Virus record (IMG/VR): IMGVR_UViG_3300016471_000493
Direction: 5' to 3' (one strand)
Origin: an uncultured virus (IMG/VR IMGVR_UViG_3300016471_000493)
Lineage: Duplodnaviria > Heunggongvirae > Uroviricota > Caudoviricetes
Length of the DNA stretch: 64,000 bases
The notes below the pieces were generated by a model, which did not search any database, had not been told where the DNA came from, and was given only the letters and a program-made list of their open reading frames with translations. A program made the position numbers and the translations under genes. Below, piece after piece: positions 51,063 through 61,437 of the stretch. How positions within the stretch are numbered: position 1 is the first letter of the stretch; each line of letters begins with the position of its first letter.

Positions 51063-52775
51063 TTAATAAGTTAATATTGATTGATTTGTAAATCCTGGTG
51101 ATAATAAATATAGATTAGTTGTTCCACCACTCGTTGGTGTAAAAGTATAGCTGGATTGAGTACCTGGTATTGAACTCCTTAAATCCCCCGTTCCTGTTGT
51201 TAAACTTGTCCATTGTGAGTTTGTAAATAGTAATGTTCTTTTTGTCCAATTTAATCCATTTATTCTTCTCGCTATTGTATAAATATCATTTATTGTAATA
51301 AAATTATCACCACTTACCTCATATTTGTGATAATGATATGATTTGATTGGTATTCTTTGTAAAACAATATCATCAATTCCCACAAAATCAGCAGAGGATA
51401 GATTTGATGTTGTAGTTGGGATTACTACTTCAATATACCACTCATCTCCATTTACCATTGGTCGTGAAAATGAATATTCGCCTAAAACATTTGTTGTAGA
51501 TGTAGTTTGTTGAGACCAAGAAGTGAAAGTAGATGTTAAAATACCTAGTTCTGAGACTTGAAGTGAATAAGTTGATTGACCAGGTCTTCTCCATACTACA
51601 ATCAATCCATCACCACCACCATATTCTTGCATTCTAGCTCTGAATGTATATTGAGTTCCTGCGACTAAATTTATATTTCCATAAATTGGTCCACTCATTC
51701 CGTGCCCACCATAATAACTAACCACAAATGTTCCGCCAATAAACAAATCACTACCATCATCAGAATTTATTCCAAAAGAATATGTTCCGGTCACAGTAGG
51801 TATAAAAGTTCCTGTAACTTCAACTGAATAATAATTACCATTATTTGGTATAGTAGCACCTGCACTACTTAAAGTTGTGAATGTGGTAAAGTTTAAACAA
51901 GTTGTTGTTGGCAAAGTTCCAGACCAGTGTAATTGTGTATTAGAAAATGATGTATTGAATAATTTATCGAAATCAGTAGTTACTGTTGGAAATTGGGAAT
52001 ATTGTGAAGTATTCCCATTTCCAGCGTGTGTTGAAAAAACTTTCACATTCATCGTATTAGATAATCCTATTGTTTGTCCTCTTTTAAAAAGTTTAGTAAG
52101 GATATTTTGAACTGGAATATCGTTTTCTGTCCTTATAACCCCCGAATGGGTAAAAGGTGTATAAGGTGTGAAAATAACCGATGAGTTTGTTGTTGGACTC
52201 CAATTAACACCATTTCTACTAGGTGTCGTAACAATCAATGAGTTATTGTTGTTTGAAACACCTTGAAGTGATGCACCAGAAGAACAACCTGGATGTGAAT
52301 TTACATTTATCTGAATTAAATTGGTGGTTTCTGATAATACAATTTGGAAGTCTGTGAAAAGTGTAGAATTAGAATTACAACTATAATAACCTATGTGATA
52401 ACTAACAACAAATTTTCGGTTAGGAGATGAACCAATGGTTTGATATCTTACAAAATAGTTTGTAATTGGAAATAAATCCATAGCGTTAGCGTGAATTCCA
52501 TTACTTACTACACTATTAGGTGAACCACCTACAATATCACCACCTGTATTTGTGAACGATATCCATCCATTTGAACATATATTTGCTGTTGTGTAATTAG
52601 TTCCCCAATAGTTAAATGTAAAACCAATAGGTAAATTGGATATAGTTTGGTCATCCCCCAATGTTAGAGCAGTTCCGGTGGTTGATTCATATGAATAGGT
52701 TGTTGAAGATTGGGTATAAGTCATTTGCCCAAATACTGAAAGTGGTACTAGTAGTAATAGTATTAATTTTTTCAC
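51063..52775 (-). CDS. secreted protein with PA14 domain and dockerin-like C-terminus
   Basis: Signal peptide from GTG 52775; GTYSFGINSDDGSDLFI...YGGHG...QEYGGGD (PA14); EVSGDNFITIND. Confidence 0.75.
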   Translation of the reverse strand: MKKLILLLLVPLSVFGQMTYTQSSTTYSYESTTGTALTLGDDQTISNLPIGFTFNYWGTNYTTANICSNGWISFTNTGGDIVGGSPNSVVSNGIHANAMDLFPITNYFVRYQTIGSSPNRKFVVSYHIGYYSCNSNSTLFTDFQIVLSETTNLIQINVNSHPGCSSGASLQGVSNNNNSLIVTTPSRNGVNWSPTTNSSVIFTPYTPFTHSGVIRTENDIPVQNILTKLFKRGQTIGLSNTMNVKVFSTHAGNGNTSQYSQFPTVTTDFDKLFNTSFSNTQLHWSGTLPTTTCLNFTTFTTLSSAGATIPNNGNYYSVEVTGTFIPTVTGTYSFGINSDDGSDLFIGGTFVVSYYGGHGMSGPIYGNINLVAGTQYTFRARMQEYGGGDGLIVVWRRPGQSTYSLQVSELGILTSTFTSWSQQTTSTTNVLGEYSFSRPMVNGDEWYIEVVIPTTTSNLSSADFVGIDDIVLQRIPIKSYHYHKYEVSGDNFITINDIYTIARRINGLNWTKRTLLFTNSQWTSLTTGTGDLRSSIPGTQSSYTFTPTSGGTTNLYLLSPGFTNQSILTY

Positions 52776-53983
52776 AACAAAATTTTTGTTCCAGTTAAAA
52801 CTTGCCAATTTAAAAATGTTTGATTTAATTGATAAACTCCTGAAAAACTTATTGTCCATTTAAATTTATTAGTTACTTTCAAATCTGTATTTACCATTGG
52901 GATTATCAAAAAACCACTTTTATACCATTGACCAGAATAAAAAAAAATGTAAGGAGAATATACTCCTAAACCTAAAAAATTCAACCCTATTGATTTATTT
53001 CCTTTGAAGTTGGTAAAGCCGCCACCAATTAAAGACCAATTACGAAAATCATTTTTATCTATCTCACCCAAAGTAAAGGTAGTTCCTCCCATTAAAGTTA
53101 CTTTATTTATTTTTTGAGCATTGAGTAACGATGCAGTTAAAAACCAATTATCCTTAAAATTACTCATATATGATGTAGAAAATATGCCCATATACCCTTT
53201 AACCTTTAATGAACCATATCCTGATAAGTTAAGTATGTTTTGCCCCGTCTGGTAATTTATGTTTATACCTTTGATAAATGTTTGTTTTGTATTAACATGA
53301 GTCAAAGAAGTATTAAATCTAAAATTATCATTACCTTTCTTTGTAATATTTGAATCGTTTCGTATTATAACAATATCCCCGGTAGCGATTAAAGCACCAT
53401 TAGACGCTTTGGAAGAACTTTTACCGCCTTTACCACCACCCCCTCCACCTTCACCATTATTTTCACTTTCACCACCACTTGCAGTTTGTTGATTTTTATC
53501 ATCAACCGCCGTTATTTCACCACCACCTTCGGATGTAGAATTATTATTATTGCTTCCTCCTTCATTTCTTGGTGTAGGTGGAGGTGTGGGTATATTACCA
53601 ACAGAACTTCCAATAGAGCTAGCCATAGAGACTACTGAAGATATGTTTGCTACACCATTCGCTGTAACACTGCCTATAAAGTTTGTAATATTGTTTGATT
53701 CCTCAATACCCTCAGATGCACACGGGTTGACATTAGGTGGTAAAGCATCTCTAATGGATTGAACCCATTGGGTATACATCCCAGCATCTAATTCTGTATA
53801 TGTAAAAGATCTAAATTGCCCTGCATAAAACATTGTAACACTAGAACTCTGAGTTTCAAGTTGTACTGATTCAGTTCTTCCATTACAAGGGTTAACATAA
53901 AAATAGGTGAAACTTTGAGCGTGGGTTCTCAAAATTCCACCTATCAAAAAGATGAATAAAAATAAAATTTTTTTACCAACCAT
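52772..53983 (-). CDS. secreted protein with probable C-terminal outer-membrane beta-barrel
   Basis: Signal peptide, G/S/N linker, alternating amphipathic strands ending WQVLTGTKILL. Confidence 0.6.
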   Translation of the reverse strand: MVGKKILFLFIFLIGGILRTHAQSFTYFYVNPCNGRTESVQLETQSSSVTMFYAGQFRSFTYTELDAGMYTQWVQSIRDALPPNVNPCASEGIEESNNITNFIGSVTANGVANISSVVSMASSIGSSVGNIPTPPPTPRNEGGSNNNNSTSEGGGEITAVDDKNQQTASGGESENNGEGGGGGGKGGKSSSKASNGALIATGDIVIIRNDSNITKKGNDNFRFNTSLTHVNTKQTFIKGININYQTGQNILNLSGYGSLKVKGYMGIFSTSYMSNFKDNWFLTASLLNAQKINKVTLMGGTTFTLGEIDKNDFRNWSLIGGGFTNFKGNKSIGLNFLGLGVYSPYIFFYSGQWYKSGFLIIPMVNTDLKVTNKFKWTISFSGVYQLNQTFLNWQVLTGTKILL

Positions 53984-54665
53984 TTTGCTCCAGACGCTTA
54001 ACAAGGTTCATCGTAGCGACCTCTAAAGCTTTCTGAGTAGCAATACCAACGGTTGATTGGTCAAAACCCATTGTTGGATTTTTGAAATACCCTTCACCAA
54101 ATTGAGTTGATTGACCTTGACCTGACGCAACAATATATTGTGAATTGTCAACTTTTACCAATCTAATTTGAATACCGATTATTGTGGTGTTGGTTTTTTT
54201 TAACTTACCCTTGTCATAACTTTCGGCATATGATACTGAAAAGTCGTAAATTTCGGCATAAACAATAAACTTTGGTAATCTAATACCATCTGTTTTAAGT
54301 TTTGTTTTTCCATCATCTAAACCTTCAATTTTCTTTTCCCAAGCGTCTAACATTTGATTTACAATTGCATCTTTTTCTTCAGCAAATTCAAATCTGTTGG
54401 TATAAAGTAAATTCTCAACAATTCTATTCGAAACACCTAAACCCAATCTTTTCTCTCTCAATTCAGGGAAACTCTCCCAAAGATCTTTATTGACATTTAA
54501 TTTAGAAAGTTGCACTGTTTGTTTTTTACCAGTATAAGTAGAAATACTTTCTAGTGTACGATCAGTTTTTTCAAAATCAGCTTGATACTGTTGAGTCGAA
54601 ATCGTTGATTTACAACCTAACAATAAAAATAAATTTAGAGTCGAAATAATAATAATTTTTTTCAT
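53973..54665 (-). CDS. CsgG/HfaB-family lipoprotein
   Basis: Lipobox LLGC; GLGVSN...L..TNRF...E; IQIRLVKVD...IVASGQG. Confidence 0.75.
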   Translation of the reverse strand: MKKIIIISTLNLFLLLGCKSTISTQQYQADFEKTDRTLESISTYTGKKQTVQLSKLNVNKDLWESFPELREKRLGLGVSNRIVENLLYTNRFEFAEEKDAIVNQMLDAWEKKIEGLDDGKTKLKTDGIRLPKFIVYAEIYDFSVSYAESYDKGKLKKTNTTIIGIQIRLVKVDNSQYIVASGQGQSTQFGEGYFKNPTMGFDQSTVGIATQKALEVATMNLVKRLEQNGW

Positions 54666-55060
54666 TCTTCTTCTTCGTTTTCCAACTGTTTAGCTCTCAA
54701 TCTTTTCATTCTTTCGGCAGGTGTTTCTTTTTTCTCTTCAGCAGGCACTACCGCAGGTTGTGTTGCTGGTTGAGCTGCTGGAGCAACTTCTCTAATTGTT
54801 TCTTTTTCTCTGATTACAGTAGTTCCGCCCCCACTATTAGAAGAAGCATTACTCTGATTGTTATTCTCTAAGTTAAGATTAATAACTGGAGCTGTTGCTG
54901 GTGCTACTTGTTCGGTTTTAGTTTCTTCATTATCATTTCCACCACCAAACAAAGTTGTGGAAATCCATACACCACCACCTGTTACGATAGTGGCAAGTGT
55001 TCCTACGATGGTTTTCTTTAAACCACCCCAAGAGCCATCATTTTCTGTTTCTTCTGACAT
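54662..55060 (-). CDS. single-TM protein with low-complexity tail
   Basis: IVGTLATIVTGGGVWISTTLF. Confidence 0.65.
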   Translation of the reverse strand: MSEETENDGSWGGLKKTIVGTLATIVTGGGVWISTTLFGGGNDNEETKTEQVAPATAPVINLNLENNNQSNASSNSGGGTTVIREKETIREVAPAAQPATQPAVVPAEEKKETPAERMKRLRAKQLENEEEE

Positions 55061-55064
55061 AATT

Positions 55065-56966
55065 TTACTTTTTAATTATTTTATGAATCTTCTGTTTTTC
55101 ATTGGTCGTTAATCTTACAAAGTAGAAACCTGGTTTCAAATTACTAACATCAAATCGTCTTGTAACAATCTCATTTTGCGTAACAAATTCCTTATTTGTA
55201 AAGTGTAATTTACCAGCGTAATCATAGATTTCGTAATATAAATATCCCCAATTTGTTTGATAATAATCTATATTTAAATTTTCATCAACAGGATTTGGAT
55301 AAACTATGAAACCATTTACTAGTTCGTTGACTAAGTCTCTTGCTCTTCTTCCATTGATAACTGTCGCATCAACAGGTGATGGAATAATATTTAGATCTTC
55401 GGCTTTATCATTTCCTGCCGCTTTATTTATAATTTTAATTGGCGATTGTTCCCAATTTGAATTTAAAACATCAAATTTAAAATTAAACATTTGAGTTGAA
55501 TTTGTAATAATAGATGGAGATAATTTAGATTCATGACCTCCCCATAAAATTTCACCTAATTTTGTAGAAATAAATGAGTTCCAAGAACTTGCCTCAGGAC
55601 CAACATTAATTTCTGAAAATTTAAAAATATTTGGATCATATTTCAAACCTATTTGTGTCGCGCCAACTCTATTACCATGTGTAATTAAAGTTACTGTAAC
55701 ATTAACTGAATTATCCTCAGAAATAGTTAATTTAGGTATTCTAAATTGTACTGAGTCTTGAATATTCTGATAAATAGTTCCCTCATCCAAAACATAAGAA
55801 GTCCCTACACTTGGGTTATTTACTCTTTGAATTTGAAATGATAAATTATTCAATCCTGTATTGGTGACATCCCCCAAAACGTATCCATAGTATGTTATTC
55901 CATTAGTACCGTTTAGATTTTGGTCTATCAATGTAGTTCCTATAATTCCTGTTTGGAAAATATTGGGATTGGCGATGATGGTATTGTATTCATTTGTTGT
56001 GTAATATCTTACATTATACTCGTTTGCAATAACAGGTGACCAAGATGAACGTCCTGTGGCTAAACGATTGAATATAAGGTAGGCGTCAGATACTGATAAA
56101 TTGCCACTTCTATTTACATCGCCTTGTTGGAATTCATAGGACTGAGCAGTATCCGCATAAATACTCATGTCAGACAAACGGTAAGCATCAGTAATGTTTA
56201 TAGATGAATTGTCTGATAAAGTGTCCAAATTGGAAACTAATTTTACATTATAAAAAGAAGTATCATATGGGATTTTTATAAGAGCAATACCATTTGTATT
56301 GGTTGTGAAACGATTTCCTCTAAAATAAACCTGAGACGACTTTAGTTTGAAGTCGTAGGCAAATGGCATTTCAGGAGCTGGTGTACCATCAACATTCAAC
56401 ACTGTAATCGGAATACTAACAGTATCCATTTTGAAACCACCACCATAATTGAAAGTTCCCAAAGTGTTATCAAATCCACTCATTGTTGTTGCTATGTTGG
56501 AATAAGAAGGATTGCCTTGAACTCTCAATGAGTCAACTGAAGATGGATTGAATGTTGATGAATGCGGTAGTAAAATCTCAAAAACCGCTCCATCTGGAAA
56601 ATCAAATATTGCTTGGTTTCCTGTATAAATTGCAGTAGCATTAACCCAACCAGGTTGTGTATAGTACGAACCATATTTTGTGGAAATTGTACTTACACTC
56701 GGGCCCCATTTCACAATAGGAGTTTTGAATGATTGAGACGGATAAAAAAACCTTACTTGAAAACCAACATAGTTGGTTGTAGTTGGATTATGATAGTGTA
56801 AGTATACGACTGTCGTGTCATTGAGTATACTACCCAACGTGAACACAGTATCTATCAAAAAATAAGGTGACGATGAATTGGGAGAAACTAATACTTCGTT
56901 TCTCCCATTCTGTCCATATACATTTACAGAAAACAATAATAAAAATCCTAAAATTATTTTTTTCAT
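55065..56966 (-). CDS. secreted cohesin/dockerin-like protein with T9SS type-A sorting domain
   Basis: Signal peptide; GDVNRSGNLSVSDA; VGATQIGLKYDP; VYPNPV...L.PGFYFVRL...KIIKK. Confidence 0.8.
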   Translation of the reverse strand: MKKIILGFLLLFSVNVYGQNGRNEVLVSPNSSSPYFLIDTVFTLGSILNDTTVVYLHYHNPTTTNYVGFQVRFFYPSQSFKTPIVKWGPSVSTISTKYGSYYTQPGWVNATAIYTGNQAIFDFPDGAVFEILLPHSSTFNPSSVDSLRVQGNPSYSNIATTMSGFDNTLGTFNYGGGFKMDTVSIPITVLNVDGTPAPEMPFAYDFKLKSSQVYFRGNRFTTNTNGIALIKIPYDTSFYNVKLVSNLDTLSDNSSINITDAYRLSDMSIYADTAQSYEFQQGDVNRSGNLSVSDAYLIFNRLATGRSSWSPVIANEYNVRYYTTNEYNTIIANPNIFQTGIIGTTLIDQNLNGTNGITYYGYVLGDVTNTGLNNLSFQIQRVNNPSVGTSYVLDEGTIYQNIQDSVQFRIPKLTISEDNSVNVTVTLITHGNRVGATQIGLKYDPNIFKFSEINVGPEASSWNSFISTKLGEILWGGHESKLSPSIITNSTQMFNFKFDVLNSNWEQSPIKIINKAAGNDKAEDLNIIPSPVDATVINGRRARDLVNELVNGFIVYPNPVDENLNIDYYQTNWGYLYYEIYDYAGKLHFTNKEFVTQNEIVTRRFDVSNLKPGFYFVRLTTNEKQKIHKIIKK

Positions 56967-56973
56967 AATAGAA

Positions 56974-57324
56974 TCAGTTGACTTCGTTATTGGATGATAA
57001 AGAAACACCATCTTCTTCGTCCATTTTTTGAACTAACATTTTATCTCTATCTTCGTTCGAAAACCAAAAATCAATAACTTTATTCAAGTTACCAACAAAG
57101 GCGCCTAAGAGAATAAGAAGTAACTCTTTCCATGCTTCTTCGATCGTTGCTTTAAACATTACTGCCATTACAATACCAAAAACGATAAAGAAAAAGGTAA
57201 ATAAAATTAATAATGTAATTTTCCAACGATTTGATTGCATTTGTTGTAGCATAAAATTAAACCTTTGGTCGGGTTGTACATTTTGGAAATCCGTATTGTA
57301 CAAAAGTGATTTAAATAATCCCAT
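56974..57324 (-). CDS. two-TM membrane protein
   Basis: Two hydrophobic helices; KVIDFWF. Confidence 0.7.
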   Translation of the reverse strand: MGLFKSLLYNTDFQNVQPDQRFNFMLQQMQSNRWKITLLILFTFFFIVFGIVMAVMFKATIEEAWKELLLILLGAFVGNLNKVIDFWFSNEDRDKMLVQKMDEEDGVSLSSNNEVN

Positions 57325-57325
57325 G

Positions 57326-57559
57326 TTATTCTGAATTTTTTTTCGTAAAAATTTTATCAGCAGACGCTAGTCCGAGTGCACCAAAAGCCAAAGCGGCTAC
57401 GGACTGAATTAATGCAGGTGCTGGGGCCACATCAACAGTCGAGAATGAGTTATGGTACATTGTGACGCATAAAGAAATTGCACACATTATTCCAACAAAT
57501 CTTTTGCTAGAAAATGATCCTTTTTCGTCTTGGAAAATTTGAGTTAAGAATTTTTTCAT
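57326..57559 (-). CDS. small two-TM membrane protein (holin-like), first gene of the operon
   Basis: SSKRFVGIMCAISLCV...VAALAFGALGL; ATATTTATA box at 57577-85. Confidence 0.65.
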   Translation of the reverse strand: MKKFLTQIFQDEKGSFSSKRFVGIMCAISLCVTMYHNSFSTVDVAPAPALIQSVAALAFGALGLASADKIFTKKNSE

Positions 57560-57616
57560 AATCTTGGTCGGTTCTCTATAAATATATCCAACCATCCAAA
57601 ATTATCACAATTTACA

Positions 57617-57802
57617 TTAAAATAATTTTTGAACTTCGATCATAATTTCTCTTTGTTTACCCTCGAAAAACTTTATTTGTTTTTGTTCTTCTAAAGTTTG
57701 GTCAAAATTATTACCTTTAATTTGTCTAATTTTTTCAGTGAGAAAATCATGTTGTTCTAGCAACCACTGATATCTTTCAGCTTTTCTTTGATTTATATCC
57801 AT
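57617..57802 (-). CDS. hypothetical coiled-coil protein
   Basis: 61-aa ORF. Confidence 0.55.
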   Translation of the reverse strand: MDINQRKAERYQWLLEQHDFLTEKIRQIKGNNFDQTLEEQKQIKFFEGKQREIMIEVQKLF

Positions 57803-57806
57803 TTTT

Positions 57807-58748
57807 TCATTGTTCGATCAGTTTATGGTCAAATACTATTTTGATGTAACCATCTTCAGGTATTTGGTCAATGTCTAAATATCTACTTATTTTTTGAGGA
57901 GGTAAATACTCATGTAAATTTTTAGTGATATTTTTGATTATTTTTTCTTCAACATCGGTTTTTTTTACTTGGATTGCCCGATAAAGAGAAACCGTAGAGA
58001 CATCTTCATATTTCAAAGGACCATTTTTATCATAGATACTGAAAATTGTAACAACTATTTCAATAGTATCATCATCTTTTTTTTGAATGTCTGTAACTTT
58101 GAATTTAATTTTTGGACTGTAATAAGATAAATTTATATTTTTTTTTCTTGTAGGTATTAAACTATTATACCTACTTGTAAATTCTTCTTTTCTTTTTTTC
58201 AAAAGTTCTTCATTTGAAATAGGCGTGCCTGAACGTAATATTTTATACATGTCCCAAATGTTTATTGGTACTAATTTTGCATTAACATCTAGTTTCGGGT
58301 ATGCCAACCAATAATGGCCTTCTCGAGAATTTTTTGTAAAAAACCAAATACCATCACGATAGAGATAAATTGGACTATTATAGGATTTAACGAGATATAT
58401 TAAATCACCATTAGAAATGTATCTCAAAGTTCCTGACATATTTGATGCCTTGAATGGAATTTTTTTGGAAATAAAATCTTTGATAAGGTTACTATTTATT
58501 GTTCTAGTACCATATTCTTCTATTCTTTTTGCGAGGTCTTGTAACGTAATTTTTTCATAATTTCCATTTCGATTGTAGAGTAATCTGTAAAGGTAAAGTA
58601 ATACACTAGGGTCATAATTTGATAGTGGCGCCGCATTCAAAACATCTTTTATGAATTTTGCCGCCTCAAATTTATTTTTTTTGAATAAATTTTTTTTGTT
58701 CAAATAATTAAATAATTTTACTTCGGGATCACTTAATAATTTTTCCAT
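57807..58748 (-). CDS. hypothetical protein, paralog A
   Basis: Colinear similarity to the next gene (KIPF.ASN, LIY.V.SY..PIY..RDGIWF, YLPP.K...YLD...IP..GY). Confidence 0.7.
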   Translation of the reverse strand: MEKLLSDPEVKLFNYLNKKNLFKKNKFEAAKFIKDVLNAAPLSNYDPSVLLYLYRLLYNRNGNYEKITLQDLAKRIEEYGTRTINSNLIKDFISKKIPFKASNMSGTLRYISNGDLIYLVKSYNSPIYLYRDGIWFFTKNSREGHYWLAYPKLDVNAKLVPINIWDMYKILRSGTPISNEELLKKRKEEFTSRYNSLIPTRKKNINLSYYSPKIKFKVTDIQKKDDDTIEIVVTIFSIYDKNGPLKYEDVSTVSLYRAIQVKKTDVEEKIIKNITKNLHEYLPPQKISRYLDIDQIPEDGYIKIVFDHKLIEQ

Positions 58749-58752
58749 ATTT

Positions 58753-59715
58753 TCAATCAGTATTGTATTCAGGTAGTGGTTGATGCTCGAACGTAAATTT
58801 TAAATACCCTTCATCAGGAATCACATTTCTATCTAAATATTTATCCATTTTTTCGGGTGGTAAATAATCTTGTAAATTGGAAAATAATTTTCTCACTATT
58901 ATATTTTCTATTTCTTTTTCATTCATTGTCACATATCTAAATTTTTCTTTAACTTTAGGGTCGTTGTAATTCACAGCAATTGGGCCATCGAATAACCCTA
59001 AAACGTTTATAATTACATTCACATCACCATCTTGATCAATTTCTATTTTTTTAATTTTAAATTTGATTTTGAAATTTGCATTCCAAGCGGCTTTCAAATT
59101 TGTTAATTTTTTGGGTAAAAGATTTTCGATTTCTTGTCCCAATTTATCTTTTCTCGATTTGATTATGTCTTCATTACTCATTTCACCATATGTGTTAATG
59201 TCTTTCATAACATCTCGGTCGACCATAATCATTTTTGACTCTCTGTCTCTAGCAGGTAAAGAGTGACTAATGTGTCTTGCTGTTGTGGTTGAGTATTTGT
59301 CTGAATTAACAAACCATATTCCATCTCTGAAAATGTAAATAGGGTAATGTCCATATGAATATACAACATAAATCAATTCTCCTTGATAGTTATATTTCCA
59401 TTCCCCCTTCAAATTCGAGGCGACAAAAGGTATTTTACTAGCGGTATACTTTTGAACACTTGAATTTGTGGTTTTTTTAATTTTTAGACTTGTTTTATCA
59501 ATAAAATCATTCCAAGAAATATTTTCATAATCTCCTTGTGGTCTGTAATTTTGTCGGTATAAGTAATATATTTTTTTCCAATCATCTTCTGTACTTGTTG
59601 CTTTTAATAGATTTTTTACAAAAGCTAACCCTTCTCTAGTCTTTTTACTCAATAAATTTTTTTTGTTAAAGTATTTGAAAAAAGCAATCTCTTTATCTGT
59701 AAGCGGTCTTGACAT
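58753..59715 (-). CDS. hypothetical protein, paralog B
   Basis: As paralog A; retains YSTTTARH. Confidence 0.7.
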   Translation of the reverse strand: MSRPLTDKEIAFFKYFNKKNLLSKKTREGLAFVKNLLKATSTEDDWKKIYYLYRQNYRPQGDYENISWNDFIDKTSLKIKKTTNSSVQKYTASKIPFVASNLKGEWKYNYQGELIYVVYSYGHYPIYIFRDGIWFVNSDKYSTTTARHISHSLPARDRESKMIMVDRDVMKDINTYGEMSNEDIIKSRKDKLGQEIENLLPKKLTNLKAAWNANFKIKFKIKKIEIDQDGDVNVIINVLGLFDGPIAVNYNDPKVKEKFRYVTMNEKEIENIIVRKLFSNLQDYLPPEKMDKYLDRNVIPDEGYLKFTFEHQPLPEYNTD

Positions 59716-59733
59716 ATATTTTTAAATATTGTT

Positions 59734-60135
59734 ATGATAAATAGTCCAAAAAAAATTTTTATCAGGCCTTCACATGGTAAAGGTTTAGGTGTTTTTGCTA
59801 GTGAGAATATATCTCAAGGTGAAACTATCGAGGATTGTCCTTTGTTATCACTACCCATTAAAAAAGGTGAAAGTTCTAATCTCTTGTTGGATTACCGATT
59901 CAATTATCCTTTAGGTTTAGATTTTGAAGAACAAGTTATAGCATTAGGTTACGGTAGTTTGTATAATCATTCAGATACACCCAATGCAATGTGGATTCAT
60001 CATCCAAATTTAAAAAAAGTTTTTAGGTTTGTAGCAATCAAAGAGATTGCCCTAGGTGAAGAAATTTTGGTATTTTACGGAGACGAAACTTATTGGTCTG
60101 ACGGAAGGATGAGTTCAAGAACTAAATTAGTTTGA
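59734..60135 (+). CDS. SET-domain protein-lysine methyltransferase
   Basis: GLGVFA, YNHS..PNA, GEEILVFYG. Confidence 0.9.
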   Translation: MINSPKKIFIRPSHGKGLGVFASENISQGETIEDCPLLSLPIKKGESSNLLLDYRFNYPLGLDFEEQVIALGYGSLYNHSDTPNAMWIHHPNLKKVFRFVAIKEIALGEEILVFYGDETYWSDGRMSSRTKLV

Positions 60136-60138
60136 AGA

Positions 60139-60348
60139 CTACTTACCTTTTATCAAAATCTCATCGTAATCTTCGACAAGTTTGGTTTTAAGTTTCTTTT
60201 CAACATAGGTCAATTCATCATCTGTTAAAGTGTTATACATTTTGTTGAGATTAATGAGAAGATTGTCAGGTACTGTCTCATCTTTTTTTCTCATATCAAA
60301 AATTACAGATTCAAGATTCAGAATTTTTGCAATTTTTTCGTTGTTCAT
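60139..60348 (-). CDS. hypothetical protein
   Basis: 69-aa coupled ORF. Confidence 0.5.
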   Translation of the reverse strand: MNNEKIAKILNLESVIFDMRKKDETVPDNLLINLNKMYNTLTDDELTYVEKKLKTKLVEDYDEILIKGK

Positions 60349-61376
60349 TTTTTATTATTTTTTTTTGTGTAAAGTGGAGTTGTAATCGATTTTCCAGTTT
60401 TCAAGGCTGTTTGTGGTACAATAGTCTCAGAACCCTTTGCCGCTCTTTCAAATCTTTTTTTACAAATATAATTCATAAAAGGTAATTTTTTTGTCATAGG
60501 AATCAACCGATAAGTTTGAGCATCTGATAAACCTAATATTTTTCTATTAATTTTTACAAATTGTGGACTTAATAAAATTTCATTCAATTCAGCATTAATT
60601 TTTTCATAACTAGGTTCGTTCACTAATTGTGGATCATTCATTAATTTTTGAAAAGGTTTCCAACTAACAATACAAAATTTATTATCAGTAGGATCTTCGT
60701 TGTTGTAGGTTGAAAATTTATTCCAATAGTTTAGCGCATTTGGTCCGAGTGTAGTTCCACCTACTCGTTCTTTGCCGAAATCAATAAATTTGTTAGAAAA
60801 GTTCACATATGGTTGACTAAAATATACAACATTTTCCATTTTTTTCCCAGTTATTTTTTCAAATTCTTGAGTGAACGCATCTTTGTTGACTTTTTGTATC
60901 GAACTCATTTTAGATTTGAAGGATTCACCATCCTGGAAAAAAAGTTGATTTCTCATTTTGTTAGCCTCTTCTCTTCTAATTGGTTCGGGCGTAAGTAATT
61001 CGGGTTCACCAAAAAATTGTTTAAAATAGTTTGTGAAAAATCTGCTATCATAAGAATCGACATTATCCTCTGTTTCAGTAATCATTCTATCTACAATCCA
61101 TTGATATAAATAACTGTCTTCGGGTTTGGTTGGTTGTCCATATTTGTCTACTGAAATTTCTCTATATTTATTATTTTTGTATCTATTTTTTGCCTGTGAA
61201 ATCAACAAAGGAATCACTTCATTACTTTTTTTACTGGTTACAGAGTAATAATTGTAAGTTTTACCATCAATTTGAAATGGAACTTTGTATACCGATACTA
61301 GGTCATCCACTGTTTGAGCTTCACTCACATAGTCTACAATGTATGTTAAATTTTTTTCGGACAAGATATATTTCAT
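60345..61376 (-). CDS. hypothetical protein, putative head protein
   Basis: MKYILSEKNL...VSEAQ leader. Confidence 0.55.
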   Translation of the reverse strand: MKYILSEKNLTYIVDYVSEAQTVDDLVSVYKVPFQIDGKTYNYYSVTSKKSNEVIPLLISQAKNRYKNNKYREISVDKYGQPTKPEDSYLYQWIVDRMITETEDNVDSYDSRFFTNYFKQFFGEPELLTPEPIRREEANKMRNQLFFQDGESFKSKMSSIQKVNKDAFTQEFEKITGKKMENVVYFSQPYVNFSNKFIDFGKERVGGTTLGPNALNYWNKFSTYNNEDPTDNKFCIVSWKPFQKLMNDPQLVNEPSYEKINAELNEILLSPQFVKINRKILGLSDAQTYRLIPMTKKLPFMNYICKKRFERAAKGSETIVPQTALKTGKSITTPLYTKKNNKK

Positions 61377-61437
61377 AATTTTAGGACATTTTAATTTGAT
61401 TAATAAGCATAACCCTTTATTATTCTATGGGTTACTT

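Noticed and set aside
54856..54866. Second match (GATTGTTATTC) to the candidate sRNA loop, inside the same operon
   Set aside because: Only 11 AT-rich nt; plausible by chance
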